Shown here: one piece after another, positions 10,866 to 22,919 of the stretch | Numbering within the stretch: position 1 is the first letter of the stretch | Layout of the letters: every line of letters begins with the position of its first letter | NCBI GenBank assembly: GCA_963836075.1 | Contig: CAWIIB010000009.1 | Location: forward strand, 1,408,001-1,472,000 | Origin: an uncultured Acidobacteriota bacterium | GTDB lineage: Bacteria > Acidobacteriota > JAQAZP01 | Length of the DNA: 64,000 nt | Direction: 5' to 3' | Notes under the pieces: model-generated | Database searches by the model: none | What the model was told of the DNA's origin: nothing | What the model saw: only the letters and a program-made list of their open reading frames with translations | Translations under genes and position numbers: made by a program

Positions 10866-11406
10866 TCAGTCGTCACCGAAAAACTCCTCCAACCAGAGAC
10901 GAAAGGTCAGGGATCCACGTTTCTCGTTCAGCAGGTAAGGACGCAACTCATCAGTGAACCGGTCTTCGAGAATCTTTCGGTCCAGGGTACCTTTGCTAAC
11001 GAGGAACGAGACGTCCGAACGGTCACGGGGACTGTTTCTGGACAGCTTGGCCAGTACGAGATCATGAACGTCAAAGTGACAACAACCTGATCCGTTCGAG
11101 ACGGGCCGGAGTGATGTCGACAAGCCTTTCGACATACCCCTCCGGGTATTCAGCAATGGTCACCCACTGAAAAAACAGGCCATATTTCATTGCCAGGGCA
11201 CTACCTTCACCTGCCAATTCAAGCAGTGCGGCGGCAGCGTCTGAGGGCCTTATTTCGATGAAATCAACGTCAGCCGTGGGACGCGGCAGCCCCCAAGGAG
11301 CTAACAGGGAGAACCCGCCGAGACAATGGACCGTCACCGGCCGTCCCATCGCGCCATCCGCGTCGACCAGAAAACTCAACCACGGTTCAGGGATGTGACC
11401 CGGCAT
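10866..11406 (-). pseudogene. DUF6036-like nucleotidyltransferase with a single-base frameshift
   Basis: GGFSL...RPTADVD NTase motif, then DVHDLVLAKL.RNSPRDRSD in ORF 10866..11156. Removing one T near 11073-11075 joins the two frames. Confidence 0.75.
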
Positions 11407-12091
11407 AGGGCAGGTGCTCCATTTTCAAATCCGTCAGAAGGTTCCAGTAGGCCGCTTCTGCCGATCGGTTTTTCCGGACCCAGGCTGCCATGCCCCGGCT
11501 CATCTCGCCACCGCCGTATGTGCCCTCGCTGGCCAGCCGGGAAGGCTTGAGCATCTCTTCAAGCGCTTCCAGGGAACGGGAACGATGCCTGAATTCTGGG
11601 TTATGATGGGCAACGTTTCGAGCCAGTGACACCGTGAACCCCAGCCGGTTCTGCAGATCCCGTGACTTGGCTTCCGCGACCAGCCTGGCGGAATCAAAAT
11701 CCTCGAACTGCAGAAGAAGCCAGGCCAGAGCTTCGCTGAGCCTGGGGTCGAGCCGCTGGAGGGCCAGTGCCCTCAGGAGAAGCTCGGCTGGATGCCGTTT
11801 CCGTCCGGGCCTGGACAAATACCTGAACCCCGGATATCCCAACCGGGCGAGATTCCCAGCGATCCAATCCTCATCCACCGGTTTATTCAGCACCCTTGCC
11901 GGAGGCAGCGGCAAAACCGTGGCCGGCAGCCGAAGCAAACTCGCCACCCGCCGCGCCATGCGCTCCGGCACCGGACGTCTTCCCCTCTCCATCATTGAGA
12001 CATAGGCCTGCGCAACGCCCAATCGGGCGGCCAGGCGAGCCTGGTTCCACCCCGAATCCTGCCTGTACTGTCGTAAGCGATTTCCAGTCAT
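11387..12091 (-). CDS. XRE-family HTH protein, probable antitoxin/regulator partner of DUF6036
   Basis: LRQYRQ..GWNQARLAARLGVAQAYVSMMERGRR HTH; overlaps the NTase start. Confidence 0.85.
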   Translation of the reverse strand: MTGNRLRQYRQDSGWNQARLAARLGVAQAYVSMMERGRRPVPERMARRVASLLRLPATVLPLPPARVLNKPVDEDWIAGNLARLGYPGFRYLSRPGRKRHPAELLLRALALQRLDPRLSEALAWLLLQFEDFDSARLVAEAKSRDLQNRLGFTVSLARNVAHHNPEFRHRSRSLEALEEMLKPSRLASEGTYGGGEMSRGMAAWVRKNRSAEAAYWNLLTDLKMEHLPYAGSHP

Positions 12092-12101
12092 ATCGATATT
12101 G

Positions 12102-12129
12102 AATATAACATATATTGTTATATCGTCAA
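12102..12129 (-). promoter_or_regulatory. Promoter with palindromic operator for the XRE/DUF6036 operon
   Basis: TTGACG-16 nt-TATATT with inverted repeat ATATAACA-N5-TGTTATAT (12103-12123) across the spacer and -10; the ATG is about 10 nt downstream. Confidence 0.65.
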
Positions 12130-12421
12130 GCATGAGCAGATGGAATGTGGAGAAAGGACCAGGACCTCAACTCACGTGGATCGATTGGGGGTTCCGGGTA
12201 TAGCTCCGGAAGCTGTGGCCGGGATTCGGGGAGTGGTGTGTACGGATAATGGGTTTTGACCGGTTGGTGGTGCAGAATCAACGCTCATTGATGGACCGGA
12301 GGCCGCAGACGAACTCTCCGGCATCGATACGGAGTTTGCACACATTTTCAAAGGCATTCGGTGAGATCGGGCCTTGAAACGGCTTGGAAAAATTGACACC
12401 TCTACAGGAAATCACTACTCT

Positions 12422-12847
12422 TTACTTATTCTCTAGTGCTGCTGCCTTTATCTGTTTTCTTATCTGTTCCATCCCAGGGATGTACCAAGCATATTCACCA
12501 TCTAAAACCTGTGCTTCTATGGGACTCATGGTTCTTGGAAGGCTGTGTTGATCCACATAGGTGGGTTCAAATCCAAGTCTTACATAATGTTTCAAAACCT
12601 CAATTATTCCAGCTATTTTATCATGGTACCTTACCATACACTCTTCAACAGTCTCATCACCTGAAGTATTATAGAATCTCGTCTCAAAGAATTTAGTATG
12701 GTCAAGGGGATCAAGAAGAGTCTTTATAGTTGTTGTTCGCGGACCATTAGCACTTAGGGGCTCACAAGCTTCTTGACTTGCATCCTCTGCATAAACCGCT
12801 GCACCTACACTAAGTACCAGTGCAAGCATCGCTTTTGAGTTTTTCAT
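12422..12847 (-). CDS. AT-rich hypothetical exported protein
   Basis: Signal peptide MKNSKAMLALVLSVGAAVYA; GC far below the flanks; its RBS is displaced by IS630. Confidence 0.7.
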   Translation of the reverse strand: MKNSKAMLALVLSVGAAVYAEDASQEACEPLSANGPRTTTIKTLLDPLDHTKFFETRFYNTSGDETVEECMVRYHDKIAGIIEVLKHYVRLGFEPTYVDQHSLPRTMSPIEAQVLDGEYAWYIPGMEQIRKQIKAAALENK

Positions 12848-12854
12848 ATATCTA

Positions 12855-14019
12855 GTGCTCTGTTCGAAAAGTAGACTTGTACTTTAAGAACCAATATTTT
12901 ACATACATTCACATGGTTAAACCAACCTTCAAAGGAGGGGGATTTCCATGTGCCTGTATGTCCGGGATCTTACATTCTCCGAGTCCAGCACGCTTTCCTC
13001 ATGGCTCAAGCGTTCAAAGAGCGCGACCAGGATGCGCCGCGGGCAGATTATTGCGTTCAGCTCTCAAGGGATGCGCGTCCAAGAGATCGCTATTCATCTC
13101 AGGATGCACGAGGAGTACATCAGGGAACTGATTCGCCGATTCAACGACGAAGGTTTCGATGCCATCAAGCCGCGTCGGCGGACCGGCCGGCCGGAAGTAC
13201 TGACCGAGGAGGATCGGTCCGTCATTGTCGAGATTGCGACGGCTCCTCCGCAGGCGTTTGGTCAGCCGTTCAACCAATGGTCTCTGCGCAAACTGCAGAA
13301 GTTCCTCGTACACGACACCAAAATGATTCCGCCGGTCAGCCATACAACGATTCGCTCCGTCCTCAAGAAAGAGAAGGTATCGTATCAACGAACACGGATT
13401 TGGAAGGAGTCCAACGATCCGGAGTTCGCCGCTAAAAAAAACGCATCTCGGCGCTCTACCGGAAAGCGCCGAAAGGGGCATCGGTGATCTGTTTTGACGA
13501 GTTCGGCCCGATCGAGGTTCGGCCACAGGCCGGATCGTCCTGGGCTCGTCAGCGAAAGCCGGTTCGTCATCGAGCGACTTACAGACGCCTTCACGGTGTC
13601 CGTCACTACTTGGCAGCGTACGATGTCCATGCAGACAAGCTCTGGATGCACCAGAAGAAACGAAAACGATGGAATGAAACGCTTGCCTTTTTCAAGTCCA
13701 TCCGAAATCGATATGACGATGGACGAAAGATCTTCATCGTTCTGGACAACTTCTCACCGCACAAAAAAGAGGAGGTTGTCGATTACTGCGATGACAACAA
13801 CATCACCCTGGTCTTCACCGCGACCAATGCTTCTTGGATGAACAGGATCGAATGTCACTTCACACCGATAAAACACTTCGTGATCAACAACAGCGAATAT
13901 GCCAATCACGATGAAATAGCAAAAGCTTTGCGAGAATACGTCCGTTGGCGGAACAAGAACGTAAAAGATAAAAAGCTGTTAGAACGGCAAAACTCAAACA
14001 GAGTTCTTTAACAAAGCAC
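12855..14019 (+). mobile_element. IS630-family insertion sequence
   Basis: Terminal inverted repeats GTGCTCTGTT / AACAAAGCAC, duplicated TA (12853-12854, 14020-14021) within a CTAG target. Confidence 0.92.
12948..14011 (+). CDS. IS630 transposase, expressed by -1 frameshift
   Basis: HTH ORF 12948..13487 and DDE ORF (CFDEFGP, VLDNFSPHK, SWMNRIE) join at the A8 run 13434-13441 (KK|RISALYRKAP). Confidence 0.9.
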
Positions 14020-14180
14020 TAGAAATCCTCCATTATTTATAAATTTTTGGTATTGTGGGCACTCTAAAGAAAAAACAAATTAAAATGGTGGTTTAAACCA
14101 AAATATACCTGCTGAGCCTAGTCTATCAGATCCCACCACCAGCCGGTACCTTCACCATGATCCGCTGAACAAGCCCGACC

Positions 14181-14420
14181 ATGCACATGACACTCCCAAC
14201 CCGCAACCTCCACTGCCATGCCCTGGCCACCAAAGGCGCCTTCGACAGGGACGGCCTGTTCCAACTGATGCCCTTCGACAAGCAGGGGGACATCGTGGTG
14301 CTGGAGCGGCTGTTCGCCCGGCGGGTGCTCGACCTGATGGTGAGGCGCAAGCGGCTGAGCTTTCGGCTTCAGGACGAGATGCTGAGCTGGGAGCATAGAG
14401 GGTTCTCGGTGGATGGCAAG
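14181..14420 (+). pseudogene. IS91-family (Y2/HUH) transposase internal fragment
   Basis: NLHCHALATKGAF (HUH) ... LERLFARRVLDLM ... MLSWEHRGFSVD. Truncated at both ends. Confidence 0.7.
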
Positions 14421-14477
14421 ACGCGAGCAAGATGCCACGGGTGGCAAGCCCCCTCACGGAAATCCTCACCCGGACAT

Positions 14478-14512
14478 AAAAAACCCCGCCAGGCTCACAC
14501 CTGACGGGGTTT
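14478..14512 (-). terminator. pnp intrinsic terminator
   Basis: CCCCGTCAGG-tgtgag-CCTGGCGGGG followed by T6 on the minus strand. Confidence 0.85.
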
Positions 14513-14536
14513 CTCATTCAGCGTTGATTTCGCCGA

Positions 14537-16915
<2,379 letters not shown>

Positions 16916-16927
16916 TTTTCCTCCAGG

Positions 16928-17138
16928 AGCAACCCATCGCTACCACGTGCCGGAGATCGTTTTCCGGTGATTACAAAAAATAAGGGCAGCGAGTCTGTTC
17001 TTTATAAAATGGTGCCGTGCGGCCATTCGCAGGAAACCGCACGAATCGAATTCTTCTCCGGGAGGCGGGCGCAACAATGCAGACCCGTTCTCTTGGAACA
17101 GAATAATCGAAAGGGCAACCAGGGAACGATGGGTGGCT
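16928..17138 (-). promoter_or_regulatory. Long stem in the pnp leader (probable RNase III autoregulation site)
   Basis: 17122-17138 pairs with 16928-16944 over about 15 of 17 bp, ending just before the pnp RBS. Confidence 0.5.
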
Positions 17139-17160
17139 GTTCACGATTCAGAATGTGGAG

Positions 17161-17430
17161 TTACTTGCGGATGCCCAGTTTCTTGATCAGGGTCCGGTAT
17201 CTCTCGACATTCTTTTCCTTCAGATAGTTGAGCAGTCGACGTCTCTGGCCGACCAGCTTCAGCAGGCCGCGGCGGGAGTGGTGATCTTTGCCGTGAGTCT
17301 TGAAATGGTCAGTCAGATGATTGATTCTTTCGCTCAGGATTGCAATCTGGACCTCCGGGGAGCCGGTGTCCGTTCCATGCGTCTGGTGCGTGCCGATAAC
17401 CTTGGTCTTTACTGTTTTTGCCAGGGGCAC
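17161..17430 (-). CDS. rpsO: 30S ribosomal protein S15
   Basis: [30 protein letters not shown]; GTG start with AAAGGAGG RBS. Confidence 0.99.
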   Translation of the reverse strand: MPLAKTVKTKVIGTHQTHGTDTGSPEVQIAILSERINHLTDHFKTHGKDHHSRRGLLKLVGQRRRLLNYLKEKNVERYRTLIKKLGIRK

Positions 17431-17568
17431 TGTCCTAACCTCCTTTCAACCCAAAAAGTAGTTGTCCAATAAAAAAACCGCTCCACCATGAGGATGGAGC
17501 GCCTCATTATACGAAGTGGATTTAATAGCATATCCGGGGTGGTTTGTAAAGGGTTAATTTTTCGCCAG

Positions 17569-18492
17569 TTAGTCCAAATCCCGGGCCAGCACCACCACCG
17601 GTTGGGCCTGCGCCGGGGGGCCGGCCTCCAGCCGGGCCACGGCGGCGAGGCTGCCGTCCTGGCGGTGGAGGCAGATATACCGCTCCCTGTCCTCTGTTCC
17701 GGGCTCCGGGGCGCTGCCTCCGGGCAACGGGACGGCCCCTCCGTGTTCCACCAGGGCCGCGGCTTCGGGACCCAGGGTCAACCGGGGCAGGCCCAGATCC
17801 ACCGCTTCCATGGGGATTATCCGACCGAGGAGTTTCTCCCGGGCGCCCTGGTCCTCAAGCTCCGCCTGGGGCACGGCCTGGTCCAGGGAAAATGGTTGTG
17901 CCGCGGTGCGCCGCAACTCCTCCAGCAGTGCTCCACAGCCCAGCGCCTCGCCCAGGTCGTGGACCAGTGACCGGATGTAGGTCCCGGGGCTGCAGCGCAC
18001 CCGGAAGAAGACCAGGGGCAGGGCAAGGGCGGTGAGCTCAAAGCAGTGGATGGTTACCTTCCGCGGTTTCCGCTCCACCTCGATCCCCTGGCGGGCCAGG
18101 CGGTAGAGCCGCTGCCCGTCCACCTGCACGGCCGAATACATTGGCGGCACCTGGTGGATCTCACCGCTGAGCTTCCCGATGAGCGGGGCCAGCGCATCCG
18201 CATCCAGCCCCGGCGGGACCGCCTGCTCCGCGAGGATCGTGCCGGTGCGGTCCAGCGTGTCGCTGGTGGCTCCCAGGCGAATAACGCCTTCGTAGGACTT
18301 TTCACCACCGGAGAGAAAACGGGCCAGGCGGGTGGCTTTCCCCAGGCAGACGGGCAGAACGCCGGTGGCGAAGGGATCGAGGGTGCCCAGGTGGCCGGCC
18401 TTCCGTTCCCCGAGGGCGCGCCGGGCCAGATCCACCACCCGGCGGGAGGTGGGCCCCCCCTGCTTGTCCACCACCAGGATTCCGCTGATCAT
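17569..18492 (-). CDS. truB: tRNA pseudouridine(55) synthase
   Basis: GILVVDK, GHLGTLDPFATGVL, PPMYSA, CSPGTYIRSL; true start ATG 18492. Confidence 0.97.
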   Translation of the reverse strand: MISGILVVDKQGGPTSRRVVDLARRALGERKAGHLGTLDPFATGVLPVCLGKATRLARFLSGGEKSYEGVIRLGATSDTLDRTGTILAEQAVPPGLDADALAPLIGKLSGEIHQVPPMYSAVQVDGQRLYRLARQGIEVERKPRKVTIHCFELTALALPLVFFRVRCSPGTYIRSLVHDLGEALGCGALLEELRRTAAQPFSLDQAVPQAELEDQGAREKLLGRIIPMEAVDLGLPRLTLGPEAAALVEHGGAVPLPGGSAPEPGTEDRERYICLHRQDGSLAAVARLEAGPPAQAQPVVVLARDLD

Positions 18493-19487
18493 CCGTTCCC
18501 GTCTCCATCGAGGGTGGAGAAGGCGTCCCGGATCGCGCCGCTCACTGCGGCCACCGCGGCGCTCAAGGGGCCGGCGGTGGAGAGCCCGGCGGCCCGGACG
18601 TGGCCGCCGCCGCCAAAGGCCGCGGCCACCTGAGCCACGTCCACCAACCGCTTGGAACGGAGGGACACGCGGTACGAGCCGTCCTCCTGCTCGCGGAACA
18701 GGGCGGCCACCTCCAGCTTCCCGATACTCCGGGGCAGGCTGACCAACCCCTCCACGTCTTCGGGGGCTGCGCCCGTTTCCCGCAGGTCCTGCTGGCTCAC
18801 CGCCACCCAGCCCAACGGGGAATCGGGATCGATGGTCAGGGTGGAGAGCACCCGGCCGGTCAGCCGCAGCCGGGCCGCCGAGTGGTTCTCGAAGATGTTG
18901 CCCGCCACCTCGGCTGGTTTGACGCCCAGGCCCACCAGGTCGCCACAGATGGTCAGGGCTTCCCGGCTGGTGTTGGAAAAGCGGAAACTGCCGGTATCGG
19001 TGAGGATGGCGGTGTAGAGGTTCACCGCCACGTCCAGGGGCAGGGGATCGCCGCCGCACAGCTGCCGGGCCACGTGGTAGACCATCTCTCCCACCGAGGA
19101 GAAGCTGGGATCGACCCAGTTCAACCGGCCGTAGTGGTCGTTCTGCTGGTGGTGGTCGATGTTGACCACCACGTCCCCACTGATCCCGCTGATGCCTGTC
19201 CGCAGGAGGTTGCCGCACTCCAGGGCCACCACCAGCGGGAAATGCTCCGGGCAGGAATCCACCACCCGGATGCGCTCGCTGCCCGGGAGCCAGGCGTAGC
19301 GCGGAGGCACCGGTCCCGACCCCAGCAGGGTCACCTCCCCGGCATGGGGCTCGAGGAGCCGGCCCAGGGCCAGCTGGGTGCCGATGGAATCGCCGTCGGG
19401 ACTTTGGTGGCTCACCACCAGCACTTTGCCCACCCCGCGCATCAGGGCAGCGGCTTCACCGGCAATCCTGGCCGTCCGGTCTTCCAC
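18489..19487 (-). CDS. nrnA: Bifunctional oligoribonuclease/PAP phosphatase (DHH)
   Basis: HQSPDGDSIG, NIDHH, TDTGSF, GGGGHVRAAG. Confidence 0.93.
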   Translation of the reverse strand: MEDRTARIAGEAAALMRGVGKVLVVSHQSPDGDSIGTQLALGRLLEPHAGEVTLLGSGPVPPRYAWLPGSERIRVVDSCPEHFPLVVALECGNLLRTGISGISGDVVVNIDHHQQNDHYGRLNWVDPSFSSVGEMVYHVARQLCGGDPLPLDVAVNLYTAILTDTGSFRFSNTSREALTICGDLVGLGVKPAEVAGNIFENHSAARLRLTGRVLSTLTIDPDSPLGWVAVSQQDLRETGAAPEDVEGLVSLPRSIGKLEVAALFREQEDGSYRVSLRSKRLVDVAQVAAAFGGGGHVRAAGLSTAGPLSAAVAAVSGAIRDAFSTLDGDGNG

Positions 19488-19889
19488 CTACTCCACCTCC
19501 CGCGGCTCGTCCGGGTCCTCCCCGCCCTCTTCCTCCTCTTCCGCCGGCGGGATATCCAGCTCCCGGAGACGCGATTCGATGTGCGCGCCAAAGGCCAGCG
19601 ACTCGTCGAAGTGGAAGGCCAGTTCGGGACAGTATTTCAGGTCGAGGGTGCGGCCGATCTCGCCGCGGATCAGCCCGGTGGCGCTGCGCAGGCCGGCCAG
19701 GGCCGAGTCGATGCGCTCCTGGTCGCCGATGGTGCTGAAGAAGACCCTGGCGTGCCGCAGGTCGGGGCTCATTTTTACCCCGGTGATGGTGAGGAACCCC
19801 ACCCGCGGGTCCTTGAGCTTGCGCAGGAGGATCATGCTGATTTCGGCCTGGATCAGGTCGGCCACTTTCTGTTGTCGTCTGGTTCCCAT
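19488..19889 (-). CDS. rbfA: Ribosome-binding factor A
   Basis: KDPRVGFLTITGVKMSPDL, PELAFHFD; operon context. Confidence 0.97.
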   Translation of the reverse strand: MGTRRQQKVADLIQAEISMILLRKLKDPRVGFLTITGVKMSPDLRHARVFFSTIGDQERIDSALAGLRSATGLIRGEIGRTLDLKYCPELAFHFDESLAFGAHIESRLRELDIPPAEEEEEGGEDPDEPREVE

Positions 19890-19904
19890 GAGTTCAGTGC
19901 CTTG

Positions 19905-20186
19905 TTACAGGAATTCCACCCCGAAATCGAGCAGCTGGGCGTCCGGCGACCGTTCCGCCATCCGCAGCACCGCCTGAAAGGTGGAGTCCAGAATTGCCTT
20001 GTCGGTGGACACCGAGGTGAGACCGATCCGGGCCCGTTTCCACACGTCCTGGAACTCCACCTCGGCCACGGCCACGTTGTGCTTGTTGCGCAGCTTTTCC
20101 TTGATACTGCGCAGAAACATCCGTTTCTGCTTCAGGGATGAGCAGCCGGGTAGGAAAAAATCGAGCGTGCAGACACCAATGATCAT
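19905..20186 (-). CDS. DUF503 (YlxP-like) protein
   Basis: SLKQKR...NVAVAEV..QD.W; canonical position between infB and rbfA. Confidence 0.92.
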   Translation of the reverse strand: MIIGVCTLDFFLPGCSSLKQKRMFLRSIKEKLRNKHNVAVAEVEFQDVWKRARIGLTSVSTDKAILDSTFQAVLRMAERSPDAQLLDFGVEFL

Positions 20187-20243
20187 GGCCGGGCTCCCCA
20201 GGGGCCAGTCCCGGCCGGAGGCGCCATCGGGGGCGCCCCCCGC

Positions 20244-22841
20244 CTACAACTGGGGCTGGATCCTCTCCAGGGTAAAGACCTGGATCACGTCACCGATTTT
20301 GATGTCGTTGTAGTTCTCGATGCCGATACCGCACTCGAAACCTGCCTTGACCTCGGTGGCGTCGTCTTTGAACCGCTTCAGCGAACTGATTTTACCCTCG
20401 TGGATCACCACGTTGTCCCGCAGCAGGCGGATGCTGTTCTTCCGCTGCACCACACCGTCGGAGACGAAGCAGCCGGCGATGGTGCCCGCCTTGGGGACGC
20501 GGAAGGTGTCGCGCACCTCCACGTGGCCGAGGACCTTCTCCTTGTATTCCGGGTCGAGCAGGCCGGCCATGGCCTGGTGGATCTCCTCGGTGACCTTGTA
20601 GACCACGTTGTGCAGGCGGATGTCCACGTTCTCCCGCTCGGCCAGATCCGTGGCACCCCGTTCGGGACGCACGTTGAAGCCGATGATGATGGCGTTGGAG
20701 GCGGTGGCCAGCAGCACGTCGTTCTCGGTGACCGCGCCCACACCGGAATGGATGGTGCGGGTCTTGATCTCCTTTGCTTCCAGTTTGGACAGCGCGTCGT
20801 GGAGCACTTCCACCGAGCCCTGCACGTCGGCCTTGATGATCACCGGCAGTTCCTTCACCACACCGGTTTCGATCTGCTGGAAGAGCTGGTCCAGGGTCAG
20901 CCGCGGAGTGTCACCGGCCAGCGCGCTGGCCCGCATCCTCGATTTGCGGAAGGTGGCGATCTTGTTCGCCTTGACCACATCCTCCACCACCTGGAAGGAG
21001 TCCCCGGCATCGGGAACTCCCTGCAGGCCGATGATCTGCACCGGGTGGGAGGGCGGCACCACCTCCACCTTGTTGCCCTGGTCGTCGAACATGGCTCGGA
21101 CCTTGCCCTGGTAGGCGCCGGCGATACAGTGGTCGCCCACCTTCACCGAACCGTCCTGCACCAGAACAGTGGCCACCGGGCCGCGGCCTCGGTCGAGATT
21201 CGCTTCCAGCACCACGCCGGTGCCCGAGCGGTCTTCACTGGCCTTGTGCTCGGTCATTTCGGTGACCAGCAGGATCATCTCCAGCAGGTCACTGATTCCG
21301 GTGCCCTGCTTGGCCGAGATGTCCACCGTCACCGTGTCGCCGCCGAGGTCCTCGGTGAGGATCTCGTGCGCCATCAGCTGCTGTTTGACCTGCATCGGGT
21401 TGGTGCCCGGCTTGTCGATCTTGTTCACCGCCACCAGGATCGGCACTCCGGCCGCCTTGGCGTGGTTGATCGCCTCGATGGTCTGGGGCATCACGCCGTC
21501 GTCGGCGGCCACCACCAGGATCACCAGGTCGGTGACATCGGCGCCGCGGGCGCGCATTCTGGTGAACGCCTCGTGGCCCGGGGTGTCGAGGAAGATCACC
21601 GCCTTGTCACCCACCGGCACGTGATAGGCGCCGATGTGCTGGGTGATGCCGCCGGCCTCGCCACCGATGACGTTTGTCTTGCGGATGGCGTCGAGCAGTG
21701 AGGTCTTGCCGTGATCGACATGACCCATCACGGTGACCACCGGGTGACGAACGATACTCGTCACCGTTTCGGTCTCCTTTTTCAGCGACTCCATCATCAG
21801 GTCTTCCTCGAAGGAGACCACCTCGGCCGATACCCCGAAGCTTTCGGCGATCTGCACCGCCACCTCGGGATCGATGGACTGGTTGAGAGAGACCATCAGC
21901 CCCTGCTGCATCAGCTTCTGCATCACGTCCTTGAGCCGGATCCCCATCTTGGTGGCCAGTTCCTTGACGTTTACCGCTTCGGTGATGCTGATTTCGCTTA
22001 CCGTGGGCGCGGTTGGGGCGGCGGCCCGAGGCTTCATCGGTGCCATCTCCTGGGGGGAGAGGCGCCGGCGCCGCTTGTCTTTTACCCGTCGCCGCCGGGA
22101 ACCTGGCTGGCCGACGGGTTGGGGCCGTCCGCCGCGGCCATACATACCGCCGCCGGACTGGGGCCGCCCGCCGCCGGACTGGGGCCGCCCGCCGCCGGAC
22201 TGGGGCCGCCCGCCGCCGGACTGGGGCCGCCCGCCGCCGGACTGGGGCCGCCCGCCGCCGGACTGGGGCCGCCCGCCGCCGGACTGGGGCCGCCCGCCGC
22301 CGGACTGGGGCCGCCCGCCGCCGGACTGGGGCCGCCCGCCACCGGACTGGGGCCGTCCACCGCGGGCCGGCGGTCCGGCCGGCGGCCGTGCTGCGGGGGG
22401 CTGAGAGCGACGTTCCGGCGGTTTTGGCGCCGGAGGTCTGGTCTCGGCTGCCGCCGCGGGTTTGGCCGGAGACTCGTCAGCGGTTTTGGGAGCAACAACG
22501 GCCTTTTGCGGCTGTTCCTTCTCCGCTTCCGCATCGTCTTTCTTCTTTTCCGTGGCTTTTTTGGCGGCCGGGGCTTTCTTCGCCGATGCGGCCTTTTTCT
22601 TTGCCGGGGCCTTTTTCTTTGCCGGGGCCTTTTTCTTTGCCGCGGTTTTTGCCACGGCCGTATCGTCCTTCTTGCTCTCGGTCTTTCCCTTCAAACTGGA
22701 GATCACCTTTGCCGCGGTCTCATCGTCGAGACTTTTCATCTGGGACTTGACTTCGATCCCCATTCCGCGCAGCTGCTGCATAATCTCCTTGGAAGTGAGA
22801 CCGTTTTCCCTGGCAATTATGTATATTCGTTTATTTGCCAT
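20244..22841 (-). CDS. infB: Translation initiation factor IF-2
   Basis: GHVDHGKT, DTPGHEAF, NKID, SLKRFKDD, ECGI. Confidence 0.99.
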   Translation of the reverse strand: MANKRIYIIARENGLTSKEIMQQLRGMGIEVKSQMKSLDDETAAKVISSLKGKTESKKDDTAVAKTAAKKKAPAKKKAPAKKKAASAKKAPAAKKATEKKKDDAEAEKEQPQKAVVAPKTADESPAKPAAAAETRPPAPKPPERRSQPPAARPPAGPPARGGRPQSGGGRPQSGGGRPQSGGGRPQSGGGRPQSGGGRPQSGGGRPQSGGGRPQSGGGRPQSGGGRPQSGGGMYGRGGRPQPVGQPGSRRRRVKDKRRRRLSPQEMAPMKPRAAAPTAPTVSEISITEAVNVKELATKMGIRLKDVMQKLMQQGLMVSLNQSIDPEVAVQIAESFGVSAEVVSFEEDLMMESLKKETETVTSIVRHPVVTVMGHVDHGKTSLLDAIRKTNVIGGEAGGITQHIGAYHVPVGDKAVIFLDTPGHEAFTRMRARGADVTDLVILVVAADDGVMPQTIEAINHAKAAGVPILVAVNKIDKPGTNPMQVKQQLMAHEILTEDLGGDTVTVDISAKQGTGISDLLEMILLVTEMTEHKASEDRSGTGVVLEANLDRGRGPVATVLVQDGSVKVGDHCIAGAYQGKVRAMFDDQGNKVEVVPPSHPVQIIGLQGVPDAGDSFQVVEDVVKANKIATFRKSRMRASALAGDTPRLTLDQLFQQIETGVVKELPVIIKADVQGSVEVLHDALSKLEAKEIKTRTIHSGVGAVTENDVLLATASNAIIIGFNVRPERGATDLAERENVDIRLHNVVYKVTEEIHQAMAGLLDPEYKEKVLGHVEVRDTFRVPKAGTIAGCFVSDGVVQRKNSIRLLRDNVVIHEGKISSLKRFKDDATEVKAGFECGIGIENYNDIKIGDVIQVFTLERIQPQL
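22147..22356. repeat. 21-bp coding tandem repeat x10 (GGGRPQS) in infB
   Basis: CCGCCGCCGGACTGGGGCCGC repeated ten times, nearly perfect. Confidence 0.97.
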
Positions 22842-22919
22842 GGAGTCCCTCCTCAGACATACCCGTTCAGGTCACCCGGTACAATATCTGCGTTAAAAGT
22901 AACTTTCAGTCGTATTCGC

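Noticed and set aside
12172-12399. Small ORF between XRE and the AT-rich gene
   Set aside because: No RBS or motif; probably a non-coding or decayed fragment.
22147-22356. Tandem repeat as a CRISPR array
   Set aside because: No spacers; it is an in-frame coding repeat in infB and there are no cas genes.
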